A stretch of 64,000 nt of DNA from Camelus ferus (lineage: Eukaryota), in assembly GCF_009834535.1 (NCBI RefSeq), contig NC_045697.1, positions 103,790,001 to 103,854,000 of the forward strand, in the 5' to 3' direction. Position numbers and translations under genes: made by a program. The notes under the pieces were generated by a model, which saw only the letters and a list, made by a program, of their open reading frames with translations, ran no database searches and was not told where the DNA came from. Of the stretch, positions 42,421 to 55,911 are shown one piece after another; position 1 is the stretch's first letter, and every line of letters begins with the position of its first letter.

Positions 42421-43534
42421 GTTCCGGAAGTGAGGCAACTGGAGGGTGTGGTAAAGGATTTAGATTTTATTAAACAGTGTAGGAAGCCCCTGAAGGATTT
42501 AAAACTAGCTAGGGAAGGCATGTCCAGTTTTGCTGGAAAGATTAGTTTCAGCGCGATCTCAGAACAAATAGTTCACGAGGAAGTGAGTAAGTCAGCGGAG
42601 CTGGAAATAGTAATTAGTATAAGAACTGTTAAGCAGGAAAAATCTAAAATAAATGACCTGTCCCCTATAGGGGTTTGGCCAAGCCATCTGAAATGATTCC
42701 CAGAATCTGTTTATCAAACCGATGCTGGTACCATTCACTGAGCCAGGGAAACTGTGTAAAGTAGATTTGGGGAGGAAATTGTAGATTCAGTTTATATTTT
42801 GTGTTCAGGGCCATTGGAACATGTGAATAGAGATGCCCAGAGGCAAGTAGAATGGAGGTTTGAGCTCAAGAGAACAGAGTTACTTTAGCTCTGAGATTCT
42901 TCAACAATAGATTATGGAAATCAGAAGCATTAATGCAGCAAATATTTACTTTTAAGCTGTGTTAGTTACATCAGTTACTCAATCTCTGAGTATAGTTCAT
43001 TTACTCATAATATTTATGAATGTTTACTATGTGCCAGGAACACGAATACACCTTATGATTGCTCGTGGACTTTGTGTTTAATAAAATGGTAATAGGAATC
43101 TGTCCCATGAAGCTGATGCGGGATAGTGTATGTATGTTGCTTTGCATGGAAAAGATGCTGTGTTTTTCATTTATTCCACAAATATTTATTGAGCTCCCAC
43201 TTTGTGCTAGGCATTGTTCTAGATACTGAGGTTACAAGGAAAAGTGGGAGAGAAGGGTTCAGCTTTCCGTGCTGTTGCAATGATGACATGAAAAAGAAAA
43301 GGAACAAGAGGCAATAGGCTCTGTGGTGAAAATAAAACCGGTCAAGGGAGAGTAACAAGGAGTCTACTTTGAGTGGTTGGGGAAGGCCTTTCCAAAGGGG
43401 TGCAATTTAAACGGAGACACAAATGATGAGGAAATGTCCCCTGATGCTGACGCCTGGAAGCTGAGCACCCCAGGCAGAGGGAGGACTGGTGAACATCCCA
43501 TGTCAAATCCCTAAGGTGGCAACGATCTTGACAC

Positions 43535-44195
43535 GTGTGTCAGTTTCCTGTTGCTGCCTTAACAAGTTACCTCCACTCAGTGGCTTAAAACAACACAAAT
43601 GTCTTGTCTTACAGTTTGGGGACTCAGAAGTTCAAAAGGGCTCTCACTGGGCTAATAACACGTTTGCAAGTCTGCATTCCTTTCTGGGTTTCTAGGGGAC
43701 AATCTGTTTCCTTTTCCTGCTTTTAGGCGCTGCCTGCATTTCGTGGCTTCTGGCTCCTTTCATCTTCACGGTCATTAACGACTCAGCCAGTCTTTCTCAG
43801 GATGAACCATTCTGGCTCTGCCTTCCTCTTTCAATCACAGAGACCCTTCCTATTACAGTGGGCTCACCCAAATATTCCAGGGCAATGTTCCTATCTCAAG
43901 AGCCTTAATTTAATCATACCTGCCAAGTCCCTTTATAAAAAAAAAAAATTATAGTGTGCTAGAAGTTAACCCATGCAATTTTTGGGGGGGGAAGGGGTGG
44001 TAATTAGATTTATTATTTATTTTTAATGACAGTCCTGGGGATTGAACCCAGGACCCCGTGCATGCTAGGCATGCACTGTACCACTGAGCTAGACCCTCCC
44101 TCACAAAGTACCTTTTGCCCTGTAAAATGACATAGGCATAGGTTCTGGGGGTTAGAATGGGACCATCTTTAGGGGCCATTAGTCCGCCCCCTACA
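43535..44195 (-). mobile_element. MLT1D-like LTR interrupted by a SINE
   Basis: TGTGTCAGTTTCCTGTTGCTGCCTTAACAAGTTACC...AGTGGCTTAAAACAACAC. Confidence 0.75.
43979..44103 (-). mobile_element. tRNA-derived SINE (Vic-1-like)
   Basis: Reverse complement of the A/B-box body: CTGGGGATTGAACCCAGG...CCACTGAGCTAGACCCTCCC. Confidence 0.88.
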
Positions 44196-45044
44196 GCATG
44201 TCAGAGGAGCAGAAGGAAGGCCAAATGCCTGGAATACAGCACACTAGGGGGTTGGAGGAGGCAGGGGCCAAATCATCCAGATCATGTAGGTATTTATAGA
44301 CCAGGTTATGAAGTTAAGAGTTTATTTAAGTGTGATGGGAAGCTGTGGGAAACTTTTCACCAAGGAAAAAAAAAAAAAAAACATTATTAGAAGGTCACTC
44401 TGGCCGGTGGGTAGAGCAGGAACTTTAAAGAAGAAACGAGGTAGGAAGCTTTTGGAGTGGTTGAAAGGAGACAGCCTGCTGGCCTGCGCTGGAGAGGCAG
44501 TGGTCATGGGGAGTCAGAAAAGGTAGATCGTTTCCAGCTGTGTTACAGGGGCAGCGACAGCATTTGCTGCTAGGTTGGATTTAGATAAGTTAGGGAAAGA
44601 GGAATCAAGGACGACTCCTAAGGTTTCGCTAAATCCAGGATTTGGGTGAATGTCGGTATCAATTTACAAAGATAAAAAAGGTGCAGAAGGGCAGAGTTAG
44701 GAAAATCAAGACTTATTTCGTGACAGCTTTGAGGGGCCTGTTAGAAATTCAGGTGGAGATCAGGCAGCTGACTAAACAGTTCACAGAGGAAGATCAGGGC
44801 TAGAGATAAAAATTTAGAAGTCATTGGCATGAGTGGTCTTTAAAGCCATGGAACTGGATAAGATTACCCGGGGAGACAGTGCAAACAGGAAAAAGTCTTA
44901 ATAAAGGACCACAAGTCAACTACTACTATCCAGAAATCTCACCCTCTTTCCAGAAATATGGCCCCACTCTACTCAATGATCTTCAATGGCTTTATGTATC
45001 TTGCAGAATAAAATCCACATTCCTTAGTCTGACATACACTGATC

Positions 45045-45380
45045 TACATATCCTATACAACAGACTGGGTGAATTAAATGACAGAAATTAATTTCTTACA
45101 GTCTGGAAGCTGAAAGTCCAAGAGCAAGTTGCTGGCAGGATTGGTTTCTCTCTCCTTGGCTTGCGAATGGCTGCCCTCCTCATGCCCCTTTTCATGTTCT
45201 TTTCTCTCTCCATGTACACATCCTTGGTGCCTCATCCTCTTTTTGTTAAAGACACTAGTCACGTAGGATTACCCTAATCTTATTTTAACTTAATCACTCC
45301 TTTAAAGACCTTATTCCTAAAGTCTGGAAGTTGGGAATTCAATGTATGAATTTGGGGAGGACACAGTGCAGCCCCTAACA
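45045..45380 (-). mobile_element. MLT1A-like LTR
   Basis: ACAGACTGGGTGAATTAAATGACAGAAATT...TGAATTTGGGGAGGACACAGTGCAGCCC. Confidence 0.75.
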
Positions 45381-45389
45381 ATGGACTTA

Positions 45390-45775
45390 CAGAGTAGGAC
45401 CGAAATGATCAGATGCCACTTCCAAGACTAGATTACAAAAAAACTGTGGCTTCTGTCTGGGGCCTTCTCTTCAGGCTGCTGTTCCTCTGCTGAGGGAAGC
45501 CAGCTGTCATGAGGTCAGCCACGGAGGAAGGAGCTCAGTGGCAGGGAGATGGCCTCTCCCTTTGCAGCCAGCCAGGACCTGAGAACTGGAAGGGGCTCCT
45601 TCTATAGAATCTCAGGATGACGGCAGCCCTGGCCTCCACTTTCCTGCAGCCAGTGGACCCAACTGAGCCATGCCCATAGTTCTGACCCCCAGGAACTGTA
45701 GGCTAAATCATGTTTGTTGTTTGAAGATATGAAATTGGGGGGTAGTTCGTTACCCAGTAATAGATAACTGATATT
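45390..45775 (+). mobile_element. MLT1E/F-like LTR
   Basis: CACTTCCAAGACTAGATTACAAAA ... TCGTTACCCAGTAATAGATAACTGATA. Confidence 0.7.
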
Positions 45776-45994
45776 TAAGCCAAATGGCAAAGAGTTGAAA
45801 AGTGGCTGCAGTGAACATGGGTAAGTCAGTCAAGATGTTTCTCTGTGCTGTTGAGCACAGGAATTATGTGGGAACTCTGGAGAGATGTGACTCAGGGAGG
45901 GGTTTCTTCTTTTGAAGAGTGATTACAGCACTTTCATATGCCGATGGAATGATCCATTAGAAAGGGAGACTTTAATAATGAAGGAGAAATAGGG

Positions 45995-46472
45995 GCTATG
46001 ATGGGGAGAATAATGACCTTCCCAAAGGTGTCAACTTCCTAATCCCTAGAACGTGTAACTCTGTTATCTTACCTGGCAGAAGGGGACTTTGTTGATGCAA
46101 TTAAATTAAGAACCTCAAAACAACGGAGATTATTCAGGATTATCTAGGTGGACCCAGGGAAATGACAAGGGTCTTTAAAAGATGGAAGAGTCAGACATGG
46201 AGATGTGAGGTTGAAGTGGAGTTTGGAGTGATTGGATTACTAGAAGTAAGGCATGAGCCAAGAAATGTGCGCAAGCTCTAGCAGCTGGAGAAAGCAAGAA
46301 GTTTGGGTTCCCCCTGAGACTCCAGAAGTAGGGCAGCCCAGCCAACACCTTAGTTTCAGCCCAGTGGGACTCATTTTGGGTTTCTGACCTCTAAAACTAT
46401 AAGATAATAAGTTGGTGTGGTAAGCTACTCTATGTGTGGTAATTTGTTACAGCAGCAGTAGGAAACTCATAC
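45995..46472 (+). mobile_element. MLT1D-like LTR
   Basis: CCTAATCCCTAGAACGTGTAA ... GTGGTAATTTGTTACAGCAGCAGTAGGAAACTCATAC. Confidence 0.8.
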
Positions 46473-47629
46473 GGTGGCTAACTGCTGTAAGAGAGGACTT
46501 GAGAAGGTAAATATTGACCCTTTCTATAAAGATGGGAAGGAGGATAGAAACTTTTTGCTCTCATGTAGCTGAAGCCAAGGGGAATTCGGAGCACAGGCAA
46601 AGCCTCTGTACTCCCAGGCCATATTAACCTAAAGAACGACCACATGTCCTTTAGAAAGGTTGTTTCCACATTATAGTTTAGGATTTATTTAAGGGATACA
46701 TAAAGCAAGGGTATAAAGATAGGTCCAGAAGAGGAGATATTACGTTGCCTAGCTTCATATTGTTCTGGTTATCTACTGCCAGGTAACAAACCACCCCAAA
46801 ACATGGAGACTTCAATGAACCAGCTGCTTCTCTATTTTAAGAGCTCTTTCCAGAACTCCATCCTGCAGCATTACCCTTCATTGTCTCCTTCTGTTTTGTT
46901 TTGCTTTGTTGTTTAAGTGGCAGAGCCAGGATTTAATCTTAGACAATCTAGTTCCAGCATTTATGCTGGGGTTTGTTTTGTTTTGTTTTAATGGAAGTAT
47001 AGTCAGATTACAATGTTGTGTCAATTTGTGATGTACAGCATAATGCTTCAATCATACATATACATACACATTCCTTTTCATGTTCTTTTCCATTGTCTCC
47101 TTTTGTAATGTATAACTAATCAATTACCAAGAATAGTTGGTTTTTTTTTTCCAAAATTGTAGTTTCTTATATCCAATCCTTCTGCTTGCTATATATTACT
47201 ACCCTCGTTCAACCCTCATTTCCTTTTACCTGGACCAGTGCAGTCGACTGTACCTAACTGATCTTCCCATCTCTGTAACTCTAATTACACCACCTGTCTG
47301 CTCAAGTAATATTTAAAATCTTGCCAGCCTGATGCCTGGAACACCATAGGTTTGTGCTCATGAGAGAGTCTCCCTGAGTTGGATCAGCTCTGGGATGACA
47401 GAGTCAGAAAGAGCCCTTTAATGGTAGTGAACCCACCAAGGCAAATAACTTCTTAGTGGCCAGCCAGCTAGTCTTCTGGTAACTCCCCAACCATAGTCTG
47501 CCATTCAAACAACAATATGTAATATTTTCCTCATTTTTCAGATATGAAAATGAGCTAAAATTTTTCCTATGACCCGTTAAGTGGCAGAGCCTGGCTTCCA
47601 ACCTACGTAAGCTTGACCTCAGAACCCCA

Positions 47630-47830
47630 GGCAGTGCAGCTCAGTGGTTAAGAATTTATCTCCAAGCATCCAAGGGCCCAAGTTAGAATCCTAACTCTGC
47701 TACTTACTGGAATACCCATGTGACTCTGGGAGACTCACTTGACATTTCTTGGCCTCGGTTTCTACATCTGAAAATGGGGGATAATTGTAGAACATACCTC
47801 TTAGAAGGTGTTATGATGATAAATAAATGT
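47630..47830 (+). mobile_element. MIR SINE
   Basis: GCCTCGGTTTCTACATCTGAAAATGGGGGATAAT core. Confidence 0.7.
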
Positions 47831-50800
47831 ATCAAAAATAATCAGCGTCAAAAAATATTGTGATATTGCCTCCTTTATATCTCGAACCACATTAAGTCTT
47901 ACATCTTTTATGAAAGCTTTTCTGCTCTCTTGAGCCAGAAATAATCTTACACTCTTGTATGTTTCTTCTTTGTTGCCATTACCATAAAGTTATTTGTGTC
48001 CACACCTTCCTACAGTAGGTTGGAAACTTCTCAAGAATAAAGATTGTGGTTTTTTTCCCATCTTACTGTCATCCACACCCACTACCATAGCACCATGAGA
48101 TACAATAAATATTTGATAGATATTTATTGTCTTGAATAGTTGGTGTAGAATCAGGAAGTATAATGTAGAGGAAAGAAAAACAACAGAGTTTATCTCATGG
48201 TGGGTGATTAAAAATAAATGTGTTTTTTTGATTCTTTAACTGCTAACTGCTCCCAAGTTCCGCATAGTTACAAGTTGTCCCAAGTAGTGGTGGCAGTCAC
48301 TGAGTAGTAGGTGCTGGGGGATGGAATTGGGGAGTACTGATAATGGCCACACTGGAGAAGGAGTCAGAAAAATCTGTGTCCTAGCCCTGATCCTGCTCTC
48401 ATTAGCTGAGACCTTCAAACTTTCATCTTCAAATGTTAATTTATTTCCCAATTCAAAAGGGCTCACATAATAAATTAACATACATTCAGGTATCTCCTTA
48501 CCACCTAATCAGAACCTGACTGGTAAACTCAGAATTATGGTGTTCGTGTGAGTGGGTAAAGAAATGTGGGCTTTTAGAAAATAAATGGTGTGAATCTATC
48601 AACATGAAAAAAAACCCGCAGGCTTTACAATCATTCAGTTTCTTTAGAATCAATTGATCCACTCATTTATTCAAATAAATATGAAATTACTTTCACGTTA
48701 AGGCAGTATCATGTACTAACCATTTACTTTTGGCCTGTAACATAATCTCTCTGTGACTTGATTTCTTCATCGGTGAAAATGTGCCCCCAAAATGCCTGTG
48801 TCAAGTATTTAGCCCCACAAGGGATACATGCCTAATAATGGGTGGTGGTGATGAAAATTATTGTTGGTTATATCTGTGTAGTTATTCTTTTTGTTGTTAT
48901 TACAGCGTGTGTCAGAATTAAAAATGTTCCTGGATCAGTTTATTTCTTGCAGTTCTATATCACCCCATCAATTCATGTGTTTGGTAGCATATATCCTCAG
49001 TGTTTGGTGTAGACGCAGCCAAACTATGTGCTTCAGGTCATATATGCATGAGTGTTTGGTGTAGACAGAGCATAAATGTCCCCCATGATAAGTATGGCTC
49101 CAGTAAAAAAAAAAAGTATAAACCTAGCAAATGAGTCTCTGAATCTAATAAATATCTAATAACATGAAATAAGTATAGGTGAAAAACAAGTGAATAGTTT
49201 AAAATTTAGTCTCTTAATTTCTTAGGTTCAAACCAAACAACTAGTTGCTTTCGTATGCTTCAGGCTGGCTGCCAGTGCTGTAATAATTCACCCAAACCTC
49301 ACCAACGCTTTTGTGTCCTCATGATGCTCTTAACTCAACCCACTCCCATACCTCCCATCGAGAATTTCTCAAGTTTTAGCATGAGCTCATAAGGAGTTTG
49401 GAGGTATAGAACTCCATTCAGACAAGTTTACAGCGCCTGGCAATGCATAGAAACAATTTGATGGAATAATCAATTCATGGAACTTATTTACCTGTGATGA
49501 ATAACTTGTGAAAATTACACAGGGCATGGTAATATTAGTTTATATTTTTCTTTTGAGAAGTTAAGTCATTTATATGCTTTTTAATCATTTGAAGTAATTA
49601 CAAATTAAATGAAAAACAATCCAAAAGGACACAATCTTCAACATATCATGTAATCTTCCAACAAACCCATATTTAAGAGCAACTGTTCTGATCAGAGAAT
49701 ACTTTTTATACTAGTGAACATTGTTCGCTCCAAAATGTTACCGTGAAAGAAAATGTTGACTTATCGTCCTGTATTCTAAACATAGCAAAGATAAAGATTT
49801 ACAGTGTCCTTGCCAATTACAGCAGAAAACTACCAATACAGGCATAATTTGAAAATATAGTGGAGCTAGCAAGCTAATTTCCAAAATAAATATCTGGTGT
49901 TCCTCTTCTCTGAGCGTTGCTAAAATGCTTTACGGAGATAAAACACTGTTTTCTTCTTTGATATTGGCTCTCTCTAGAACAACTCACAGACTAATGTTAA
50001 ACAGTTATGAAGATTCCAACTCATGCATAGGAGGCCATGTTTTGCTTTAGACTGGAAGTATAACCACTTCTTTTTTTTCCCTGCACAGGAATTTAGGCAC
50101 TTGGTTTCTATTGTATTTGGGTTAATGAGAGTTATGCATGGAGATTCCCTGAATTCAAATGCAATTATGCCCTCTTCACTTTGATAGGGACGGGGTTTGT
50201 CAGAGGGAGATGTAAGGCTACCTTCTTTCTTTAACCCACCCTGGGTGAACGTGTCTCTTGGCAGAAGACTTTCTGCTTCCGTGGTTTGTGGAAACTCTCC
50301 ATCTAATAGTTTCTCAATCTCTTAAGTGGAAATCTGTCTCAGGAAATTAAGGACAGAGAGGAAAGTAGACAGCAGTGGATGATAAGCTATTGGGAGGCAC
50401 AGTAAATAATGGAAGGAAATGCAGCCCGAAAGAGAGGGATCATTTGAGGCTATTAGATGACAAATCCACTTCAATGCAGTTATTATGCCTGTAAATATAG
50501 AAAAATGATAATGTTGACAACTCTTCATCACACAATCTGTGTCATTAATAAATTATGAAGGATAGAAAGAGTAAAAGAAATAAAGCCAACACTCTGCATA
50601 ACAATATCAAAGAAGCACTTGGAAAGACTAGGTAAGCTAAAAACAGAGACAGAACTTGGCACCTTTAACAGAGAATGACTGAGATAAAAAGGGACAATTC
50701 AGAAGCATGTGTGCGTGGAAAATAGTATGAATTGTGTTGTTTAAATATGTAACTTTACCATATATTATCAGCAAAAAATTAATATACAATAATTACCATG

Positions 50801-51169
50801 TAATTTTTTTTAAATGTTGGTTTCCAAGGAGAAGACAGCTGCCTACATTCCTGTAGGGCAGGTGAAAGATCGTTTATAGAGTGGTTGTCCACCTCATATT
50901 CCTGAGGGAAACGCCAAACCCATTAAAATCCTCCCAAGGGCATTTTTATCTCCTAGAAAATTACATCTAGCTTTTCCTCTGAATGCCTCCTAAGATGGGG
51001 CATCACTGGAGTTACAAGTCCAGTGTAAGAAAGAGCAAAGATCTAAAAGAAATTTGGAGAACCTTATGTGTCTGTGACTAAGAGATTTGTATGTATCAGG
51101 TTCGTGGAGCTCCCCAAAGCTGCACAAAGAAGAGACTTGAATGATTAATACAAAGGCTGTGTAATTAGA

Positions 51170-51583
51170 ATGGGTGGTAGAGCTCATTCTCAATGGCAAA
51201 ATTCCCGACTCTAGTTGGGCACATGGCCGCCAGATTACAGCTCCCTTTACAGCTAGTAAATGGGCATGAGACTAAGTTTCAGGAATAGAATGGAACTGGA
51301 AGTACCTGACTTATAGGACAATTTTTATGGAAAGGGCATATTCGCTTCTTTATACCCTTCTTCTTGCTGGCTGTGATGCAGATATAAAGACTTAAATCCC
51401 AGCAGCCATCTTCCACCAAGCTGGCAGCGCAGTAAGACGCGAGCATCCTGGAGCTGCCATGGTAGCTCTGGCCTGCCTGCTGCCAGAGTGCATGTGCATA
51501 AGTGGGATACGAAAGCCTATCTTGGTCAGCGCTACTGTTGTGAGTTTTCTATCGCTTATAGCCAAGCCGAATCTTAATTAATA
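51170..51583 (+). mobile_element. Old MLT1 (I/J-like) LTR
   Basis: TGGGCACATGGCCGCCAG...CAGCTAG...CATGAGACTAAGTT; CAGCAGCCATCTT. Confidence 0.6.
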
Positions 51584-52634
51584 TGTCGTGCATTTCTGAA
51601 AACTAGAAAGGTAAGCAGTGATCTCTTGATCTAACAAGTAATAAAAAAAAGTAAATTGCTAACCCTAGCGCCTAGTTGATTGCTTTCAACTCATACAATC
51701 TTTTGAGTTTACACAGAGTAGAAACTGAATCAGCCATGATAGATTAATTAATTGGTTTTGGGGTTTGGGGGAGGTTATTTTTCTTATAAAGTTATTGTGA
51801 GGTTATCAATGTTGATAATTGATTTTCATCACTTGCTTCTATTCATCTGTGCTTGACCAATTTCTCATTTTTTCTTCTGAAACGTTGCATCCCACACTTG
51901 AGACAATGAAGAACTTCAAAACACCATAGCAAAGAACCTAAACATTCACCCGTGGCTACCCATATGCTCGTTCCATGCAGCTATGATCCAAGTGGTTTTT
52001 TCCACAGCTGTCCTCTGTAAGTCGTTGGAAAACATTTATCACAGTGACCTTCATACATCTTCAAAACTCATAGGCTTTATTGCACCTTGCAGACTCTCCT
52101 GGTGCCCAGCTGTCATCGCTGATGGTGACTCACACACCTTCCTCCTTGGCAATTTTGCAGAAAAGCAATAGATTATTAAGTGGAGAACTAAGACTGGAGT
52201 TTGCTGTTGTAATTGTTCTATCTGTCTTGGTAAATCCAACTTGTGCATACTACTTGGAGGCAGGAAAAGTCTGACCTTGGGGCCAGAAGCTGTATCTGAA
52301 CATGGTTTAGAGCCACCCTGACCAGGCATCTAACAAATTATTTTTGAATACACTGCATCTCTTAGCATCATTCGTGAGGTGGGCTCGTGAACGCTAAGTG
52401 GCCCTGGGTACTGGGGGTGAAACTCTTGAAGAATGAGGAAGAAAACAAGTGCCACTAGCATTTTCCAAGGGAACTGTCACCTTCTTCTACTTCAAGGGCC
52501 TTGGCAATTGTGTATCCCTAGAAACAAAGGATTGAGTAACTGGAACAACGGTATTTCCTAGTCTATACAGTTTAGCAAAGCAGAGATCTTAATTTCACAC
52601 CTCCAAATTACTAGCCCAGTCATTCTCTTATACC

Positions 52635-52882
52635 AACTATGGGCAACCTAAAGCCTCCTTTTTTTTTTTTTTTTTTTTTTTGTAAATAAAACAAATCCTG
52701 TGTTATAAATAAAATTCACTGAAGCCTACCCACAGCTCTGCCTGTTTGTTTGGTATTGCCATAGCTGTTTTTACTGCAAATTAGACTTGAGTAGTTGCAT
52801 AATGATCTTATTACCTAGCAAAGCCAAGATATTTGTTATCTGACCTGTTACAGAGGTATGTGAAAAATATTTGCCACCCTGT
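52635..52882. mobile_element. MER58A-like hAT-Charlie element
   Basis: TTTGTAAATAAAA...TTGAGTAGTTGC...GCAAAGCCAAGATATTTGTTATCTGACC. Confidence 0.65.
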
Positions 52883-53831
52883 CCCTTCCCATACTGTACT
52901 ACCTTAGATAAGAAAAAGCTAAGGTTCTTAAACTTTCTCTTTGACTTTTAAGTCCCTCCTACCCTAAGACATCTCCCCAGATCTATCTACTTCTGGATGC
53001 AGCGTACATGCTTTGCTAGGGCATGTGTGGAAATTAATTATCCAAGCTTACTGTCCAATTTGCCTGCAGTACCTTCTTGACAGCATAAAAACCTAAAGCC
53101 AAAAAAGATAGAGACAACTTAATACTTGCATGTAGAAAGTTATGTCCTTGAGTAGCCAGAGGATGTCATGACATAATTTTTGTTCCTTTCTGGAATGTAG
53201 AAAAAAGTGAAGAGGAAATGAAACCAATAGAAGATCCAGGAAACAAACAGAAAAGAGATTCAGCAGACAGGTATACAACTGAGGGAAATAAGGAAAGATA
53301 ATTCGGACAATTTAAAATCGCATCAAGGAAATGCAGCATGAGAAGCTATACTGAGGCGGGCAGAAATAATCCAGGTAAGGTGAATTGTTAGACTTTCCTG
53401 GTCGGGTCATTCACTTCTGGTCGAAAGTTATTTACATGGTTCTTCTTTTAGTGCTTCCCCAAAAAAGATTGAGAGCGACCCTTTTAAATATGTCACCATT
53501 TTCCTGGAATTTTAGAAATTTAAAACTGAAGGTGAACTAAAAATAATTCGAGTCCAACCATGCCCATTATACCAACAAGAAACCAGTTGTTCCCCTCCTG
53601 AAAAATCACAACACGGTGCCAGAGGTAGGACAGTCCATTCCAGCTCTGCACCACACTGTGCTTCCTCCCACGTACACTACGTCTGCTAGGACATACACGC
53701 CCAGAAAGCTGTTTGAATAATGAAGATGATTAGACACAGAATTCAGTTTGGGGCAAGAAAGTGTAAAAACCTTTGGAGTTTTTAGAGAATTGGAAGATAA
53801 GCCTTTAGGAGTTCCTTTGAAAGATAAAGTC

Positions 53832-53943
53832 TATGAAAATGAATATAGGTATGTATATGCACAACTGGGACATTGTGCTGTACACCAGAAACTGGCACAC
53901 TGTAACTGACTGCACTTCAATTTTTTAAAAAAAGGAAGAAGAA
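53832..53943 (+). mobile_element. Very short L1 3' tail insertion
   Basis: GCTGTACACCAGAAACTGGCACACTGTAACTGAC plus A tail; TSD GAAAGATAAAGTC at 53819-53831 and 53944-53956. Confidence 0.85.
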
Positions 53944-55820
53944 GAAAGATAAAGTCAATTGTCAAGAGTACCTGTGCTGGCTGTAAAATAAATGTAATGT
54001 AACAGGACTTTCATAACCCAAACATATCTTCAGATTAAGACTAGAGTTTAAAGATTCAGATTGAAACTCCACTGATATTAAACAAATTAATAAAAACAAT
54101 TTTGCATGTTTGAGTTATTGTAACTTTTTAATGTATTTTTCCCTGAATTGGGTGCCATCTTCCTTTCATCATCGACTTCCAGTCATTAAATTTGATCATT
54201 TCTTTAATCCCACATGCTTACATGCCTGAGCATTTATTTTCCTTAAAGTGACCTCAGTCACTGTATTCCTGTAGTCCCTTATGGAACCGTGTTAGAGACT
54301 ATGGCATCTATTAGAGATAAAAGCTAGCATCAAAAGGCGAGCCAGGCTACGAGATATTTAGGAGTATTAATTAGGTCATCCTACTACTTATATTTAAGTG
54401 CTTCTTTGTGGTTGCAATGACGCATCTTCCTTTCAAGTTCACTGCCTTGTCTTTACTTGAGTGGCAGATCACATTTTTCTCATCTCTTCTTCAGCTGGGT
54501 GCCAGCTGCATCGTCCTGGTAGCTTTCGAAAGGAGACTAATGGACCTAATCCATAAATACTGACTGCAAGCCACAGTAAGGCAAGGGGCTATGTTTATTG
54601 GCCATTAGTCATCAATAAATGATAGCAGTGTTAAACAATAAACACAGAGCGCTGAGAATATCATTAACATTACTTACAAAATAAATGTTTCTGCAATATA
54701 TCACGGTTTGGCAGCCAAATCCCCGGAGTGCTCTAGGACTGGATTTGTCATCTGCTGCATTTTAAACTGAAATATCTCTTTAAAAAGCTATTTCTGCTTC
54801 TCTGGTCTGATGGACTTGTAAGAAGACTGGGATTTTCTCAAAGAATGAGACCTTCATTTCCTCTGCTTATGTGTCATGCCTTTATTGGGCTCACTTGATG
54901 AAGAGCTGGGAACACCTGACAAATATTTTTATCTCTTCACAACTTGGGTCCTTATACATGAGGTATATGTTACAGGAAGCATGCCTAAATCCACTGACTG
55001 CCTAGCCCAAGAAAGCAAAGGATGAACCTTGAGGCTTTAAGAAAGATCTAACCACAGCACAAACCAGATATGGTAAATCTGGTTTTGTATTGCTTTCTCA
55101 AAGAACATGGGGAAAAGCAATTTTTAAAAACAGCACTTTATAAACCATCTGTTTCTCAACCTCCCACCCACCCCTTTTTCTTGAAATCATATACCTCCCT
55201 TGGAACCACTCTGCAAACAGCTGGAGTCTATCACTTGTCATGGTATTATTCCCACTTGTTGAATGTCCTAAAACCAAGCACTCTAAAAACGATAGAGAGG
55301 GAAAGAGTAAACATATTCTAAATGACTCCATTTTCATGCCTTATGACTTCCTCGTGATCATTTTAGTCGTCTACCTGAAGATTTATTTTGAAGGCTAAGT
55401 GGTGATTATAGATGAATATGCTTCTGAAACCCATTTGAAATGCCCTACTTTAAAACACAAGAGTGCCAAAGACTGAAAACCTGGAGCCTTCAAACTCCAC
55501 ATCCATCCAACATTTGAGTGAATTGCCTAACCACAGTTATAGGTCTGCTTCTTCACTGACAGAATGGATTAGTCAAGGAGCAGGGTTAATATCTGGCCTG
55601 TGTGGATTCTCAAAAAATCATGGAGAAGACGTGATGTTGTTGTTACTTTTAGCAAATGCATAAAAATCTCACTGAGAGGCAAGTGACCATGCCTCTCCCA
55701 GTGCAACATGTTATGGTTAATAATGCCTACTTCACAAGGTTGTCATGATGGTTAAATACAGGTAAAGCACCTAGCAGTAGAGTTAATGGTCAATAAATGT
55801 TTATTCTTTTCTCCTTGTGT

Positions 55821-55911
55821 GTGTGTGTGTTTTTTAATGGAGGTACCGGGGATTGACCCCAGGACCTCATGCATGCTAGGCATGTGCTCTACCACTGAGC
55901 TCTACCTCCCC
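55821..55911 (-). mobile_element. tRNA-derived SINE (Vic-1-like)
   Basis: SINE body on the minus strand; TSD TCTCCTTGTGT at 55810-55820 and 55912-55922. Confidence 0.88.

Noticed and set aside
48977..49066. Repeat-spacer-repeat pattern reminiscent of CRISPR
   Set aside because: Only two full copies, mammalian DNA, no cas genes
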